Below the pieces are notes generated by a model that was not told the origin of the DNA, did no database searches, and saw nothing but the letters and a program-made list of their open reading frames with translations. From assembly GCA_035641075.1 (NCBI GenBank), contig DASQUW010000029.1, positions 1 through 48,216 on the forward strand: DNA of 48,216 nt, read 5' to 3'. This DNA is from Actinomycetota bacterium (GTDB lineage: Bacteria; Actinomycetota; UBA4738; CALAEC01). Below are positions 45,451 to 48,216 of this stretch, piece by piece. A program made the translations under genes and the position numbers. Numbering within the stretch: position 1 is the first letter of the stretch; every line of letters begins with the position of its first letter.

Positions 45451-47850
45451 GTGGACGAGGCCATCAGGGCGCTGGGTGAGGGTCTCGGTGCGCGAATAGC
45501 GCTCGTGGCCCTGGGAGGCTACGGCCGCCAGTCTCTCTGCCCCGGGTCCGATGTCGACCTCATGGTTCTGCACGCGGAGCGCCGTCCAGACGGCGTCAGG
45601 CAGGTGGCGGAGCGCATGTTCTATCCGTTCTGGGACGCCGGCCTCCCGCTGGGTCACGCGGTTCGAACGGTAGGGGAGTGCGTGGATGCGTTCTCCGAGC
45701 GTCTGGATGCGGCCACCGGCCTCCTGGATGCCCGGCTGGTGTGGGGCGACGAGCACCTCTTCGACGACCTGCGGCGCCACCTCGCCAGGGCGCTTCGGCG
45801 TGATCCCGCGGGCTTCCTGGAGAGGTTGCGTAAGGGAAGGGCCGTGCGCCTGGCCGGTCACGGGTCCTGCTCGCAGATGCTGGAGCCTGACATCAAGGAG
45901 AGCACCGGTGGGCTTCGTGACATCCACACGGTCGGCTGGGTCCGCCGGTCGATCGTCGAAGGTCAACCCAAGCCCGACTTCGAACCCCCGGCGCTTCTGC
46001 GCTCTCCCGAAGCCGGCGAACTGGAGGAGGCCGAAGAGTTCCTCATCCGTCTCCGGAGCACCCTGCACCTCGAAACGGGAAATCGGAGCGACCGCCTTTT
46101 CTTCGAGCATCAGCCGGGTATCGCTGAGACCTTCGGTTTCGAGGCGAGCGAGGGCCTCGATGCCGCCGACGCACTCATGCGGGGCCTGTTCCGGCATGCC
46201 CGACAGGTTGAACACGTGACCGACGTGGTCCTGGACCGAGCCGACGTCAGCTTCGGCGTTCGGACAGCGAACGGAGGCAAGAGCATCCACCCCTCAACCT
46301 CGGAAGATGTGATTCGTGTCTTCGCCGATGTCGCGGCAGATGGAGTTCCCCTGGACACGGCTTCGTACGACGTGATCGACGAAGCAGAGCTCGGCGCCGC
46401 TCCCTATCGGTGGACCGAGGGGACCGGCCGCTCCTTCCTCGATCTTCTGGCTGCAGGAGATCGCGGTGCGAGCGCCCTGGAGGCCATGGATCGAGTGGGC
46501 CTCCTGAGCCGGTTCCTGCCGGAGTGGGAAGCCGTCCGATGCCGGCCCCAGCGCGACCCCTATCATCGATTCACGGTCGACGTGCACCTCATGCGAACGG
46601 CTTCGGAGACCGCTCGACTCCTCTCGAGCGGAGGAGGGGAGGACGCCGTGATCGCCCAGGCGGTCGCCGGGGTGAGGGATCGGCAGGCGATGCTCCTGGG
46701 GGCGTTCCTCCACGACATCGGGAAGACGGGGGAGGGGCCGCACGTCGACGTGGGGGTCCGTATCGCCGGACGCGCACTCGAGCGCATGGGCGTGATCCCT
46801 CCGACGCGCGATCACGTGTTGTTCCTCGTTCGACACCACCTGCTCCTGTCCGATACGGCCACACGGCGCGATCTCTCCGACGAGGATCTCGTTCTCGACG
46901 TCGCGGCATCGGTGGGAAGCCCCGAGAGGCTGGCCATGCTCTACGTGCTCACCGTGGCGGACGCCATGGCGACCGGGCCGCACGCGTGGACGCCGTGGCG
47001 TCAGGCGCTCATCCGAGAGCTCGTGGGGAAGGTCCAGCATGTCTTGACCCGCGGTGACACGGGCCGCGACGCCGCCTCGCGCCTCGAGGGCCTGATCGGC
47101 GCGCTCCGTGGCCGGCTTCGGGGTGACGACGAAGCGGCGGTGGATGCCTATGTGGATCGGTTGCCGCGAGCGTACGTTCTCGCCGTTCCCACGGAGGTCG
47201 CTGCCCGCCATTTCCGGCTGTTAGCGCCAGCCATGGGAGCGACCGAACTCCGCACCGATGCCCGGTCGGGTGAACGAAGCGGAACGTACGACCTCACCGT
47301 GGTGGCCCGCGACCGGCCCGGCCTCCTCGCCAAGATCGCCGGGGCCTTATCACTGAACGGTATGAATATCCTCTCGGCGCACGCGTTCACCACGGAGGAC
47401 GGCGTTGCGATGGACATCTTCGTCATCGAGCCGCTCTTCGAGGAGGAGGTGGATGAGGATCGGTGGCGCCGGTTCCGCTCGGACCTTCGGAGGGCTCTGG
47501 AGGGACGGGTATCTCTGGACTACCGCGTTCGGGAGAAGCGCCGCCACTATCCGCGGCCCAAGGTACTCACGGCGACCTCGGTGAACATCGACAACAGCGT
47601 CTCGGATTTCTTCACGGTCGTGGAGGTATCGGCGCCGGATCGCATCGGCCTTCTCTTCGATGTGGCCCGGGCGTTCCACGAGCTCGAGCTCGACGTGCAC
47701 GTGGCCAAGGTCGCCACGTTCGGCACGAGGGTGGTCGACGCGTTCTACGTCCGCGACCTGTTCGGGGAGAAGGTCGAGGATCCCGATCACATCCGAGAGA
47801 TCGAGCGGGCGGTTCTCGCCCGGCTAACCGACAGGCATGGCGAACCATGA
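45451..47850 (+). CDS. glnD: [protein-PII] uridylyl/adenylyl-transferase GlnD (NTase - HD - ACT - ACT)
   Basis: The motifs ALGGYGRQSLCPGSDVDLMVL, the HD motif FLHDIGK and two ACT domains are present. GTG 45451 is the first canonical start, but the frame stays open and looks GlnD-like back to about 45325 (see findings). Confidence 0.9.
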   Translation: MDEAIRALGEGLGARIALVALGGYGRQSLCPGSDVDLMVLHAERRPDGVRQVAERMFYPFWDAGLPLGHAVRTVGECVDAFSERLDAATGLLDARLVWGDEHLFDDLRRHLARALRRDPAGFLERLRKGRAVRLAGHGSCSQMLEPDIKESTGGLRDIHTVGWVRRSIVEGQPKPDFEPPALLRSPEAGELEEAEEFLIRLRSTLHLETGNRSDRLFFEHQPGIAETFGFEASEGLDAADALMRGLFRHARQVEHVTDVVLDRADVSFGVRTANGGKSIHPSTSEDVIRVFADVAADGVPLDTASYDVIDEAELGAAPYRWTEGTGRSFLDLLAAGDRGASALEAMDRVGLLSRFLPEWEAVRCRPQRDPYHRFTVDVHLMRTASETARLLSSGGGEDAVIAQAVAGVRDRQAMLLGAFLHDIGKTGEGPHVDVGVRIAGRALERMGVIPPTRDHVLFLVRHHLLLSDTATRRDLSDEDLVLDVAASVGSPERLAMLYVLTVADAMATGPHAWTPWRQALIRELVGKVQHVLTRGDTGRDAASRLEGLIGALRGRLRGDDEAAVDAYVDRLPRAYVLAVPTEVAARHFRLLAPAMGATELRTDARSGERSGTYDLTVVARDRPGLLAKIAGALSLNGMNILSAHAFTTEDGVAMDIFVIEPLFEEEVDEDRWRRFRSDLRRALEGRVSLDYRVREKRRHYPRPKVLTATSVNIDNSVSDFFTVVEVSAPDRIGLLFDVARAFHELELDVHVAKVATFGTRVVDAFYVRDLFGEKVEDPDHIREIERAVLARLTDRHGEP

Positions 47851-48216
47851 AGGAGAAACGTCTGGAGATCGATACCCCCAAGGGCCCGGTCTCTGCCACG
47901 CTGACCGGCTCCGGAAAGACAGCGCCCATCCTGGTCCTGGCTCACGGCGCCGGTGGGGGTGTGGACGACCCGCTCCTCGCGGGCTTCGCCGAGGGTCTGT
48001 CGGCCGAGGGCATCTCGTGTCTTCGGTTCAACTTTCCCTACCGAGAGCTGGGCAAGAGGGCCCCTGACCCTGAACCGGTGCTTCGGGGGGCGTGGGAAGC
48101 GGCGTTTGCTCGCGGGGCCGAGATGGGCAGTCCCGTCTGGGTCGGGGGGAAGTCGATGGGCGGGCGGATCGCCTCGATGGCGGTGGCCGACGGCCTCCCC
48201 GCGGCGGGACTGGTCT
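47847..48216 (+). CDS. alpha/beta-hydrolase-fold protein (KANL3/Tex30-like), 3' end outside the window
   Basis: ATG 47847 overlaps the glnD stop (ATGA). The frame is open to the window end. The motifs LVLAHGAGGG and the nucleophile elbow GGKSMGG are present. Confidence 0.65.
   Translation, partial: MKEKRLEIDTPKGPVSATLTGSGKTAPILVLAHGAGGGVDDPLLAGFAEGLSAEGISCLRFNFPYRELGKRAPDPEPVLRGAWEAAFARGAEMGSPVWVGGKSMGGRIASMAVADGLPAAGLV

Overview
This is a high-G+C, gene-dense, actinobacterium-like chromosomal segment. The actinobacterial call rests on F420-type LLM oxidoreductase, POL-PE-LIG LigD plus Ku, DUF5319, a PIG-L/LmbE deacetylase, SigE-family and ZAS sigma/anti-sigma pairs, amt-glnK-glnD with GlnR-like boxes, and many GTG starts and 4-nt gene overlaps. 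I call about 57 protein-coding genes. I found no rRNA, tRNA, CRISPR array, transposase or integrase.

Gene content, in order:
- paaD 3' fragment, ArsR-SRPBCC pair, two divergent CHRD-domain genes, enoyl-CoA hydratase and hotdog thioesterase, NCS1 permease, pepA.
- A tightly coupled TPP-enzyme / membrane / CPBP-protease / PNPOx / SRPBCC operon, then PAP2 and lgt.
- Mrp/ApbC with a divergent Cys-containing HTH regulator, an ECF sigma with ZAS anti-sigma, and a coupled nucleotidyltransferase / LLM oxidoreductase / HARE-HTH trio.
- GAF-EAL phosphodiesterase, glpX-gpsA, EamA, PHP phosphoesterase, PQQ-type sugar dehydrogenase lipoprotein, HAD, CBS, CaCA antiporter, LuxR-solo.
- A frameshifted SigE-family sigma gene with its membrane partner, tldD/pmbA, an SDR, vapBC, rmuC, the ligD / small membrane gene / ku NHEJ locus, amt-glnK-glnD and an alpha/beta hydrolase fragment.

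I could not identify an unambiguous new multi-gene system such as a defence island. The best follow-up candidates are:
- the divergent CHRD pair, whose control region carries an 11-mer in three copies;
- the translationally coupled nucleotidyltransferase-LLM-HARE-HTH trio;
- the five-gene TPP/CPBP/PNPOx/SRPBCC operon;
- the frameshifted sigma gene, which sits in a visibly lower-G+C patch;
- two conserved genes (tldD, glnD) whose homologous N-termini lack any ATG/GTG/TTG start;
- an SD-sequestering hairpin in front of a secreted protein with a PEP-CTERM-like tail.

All calls come from reading the translations and the DNA by eye. No database search or computation was run.
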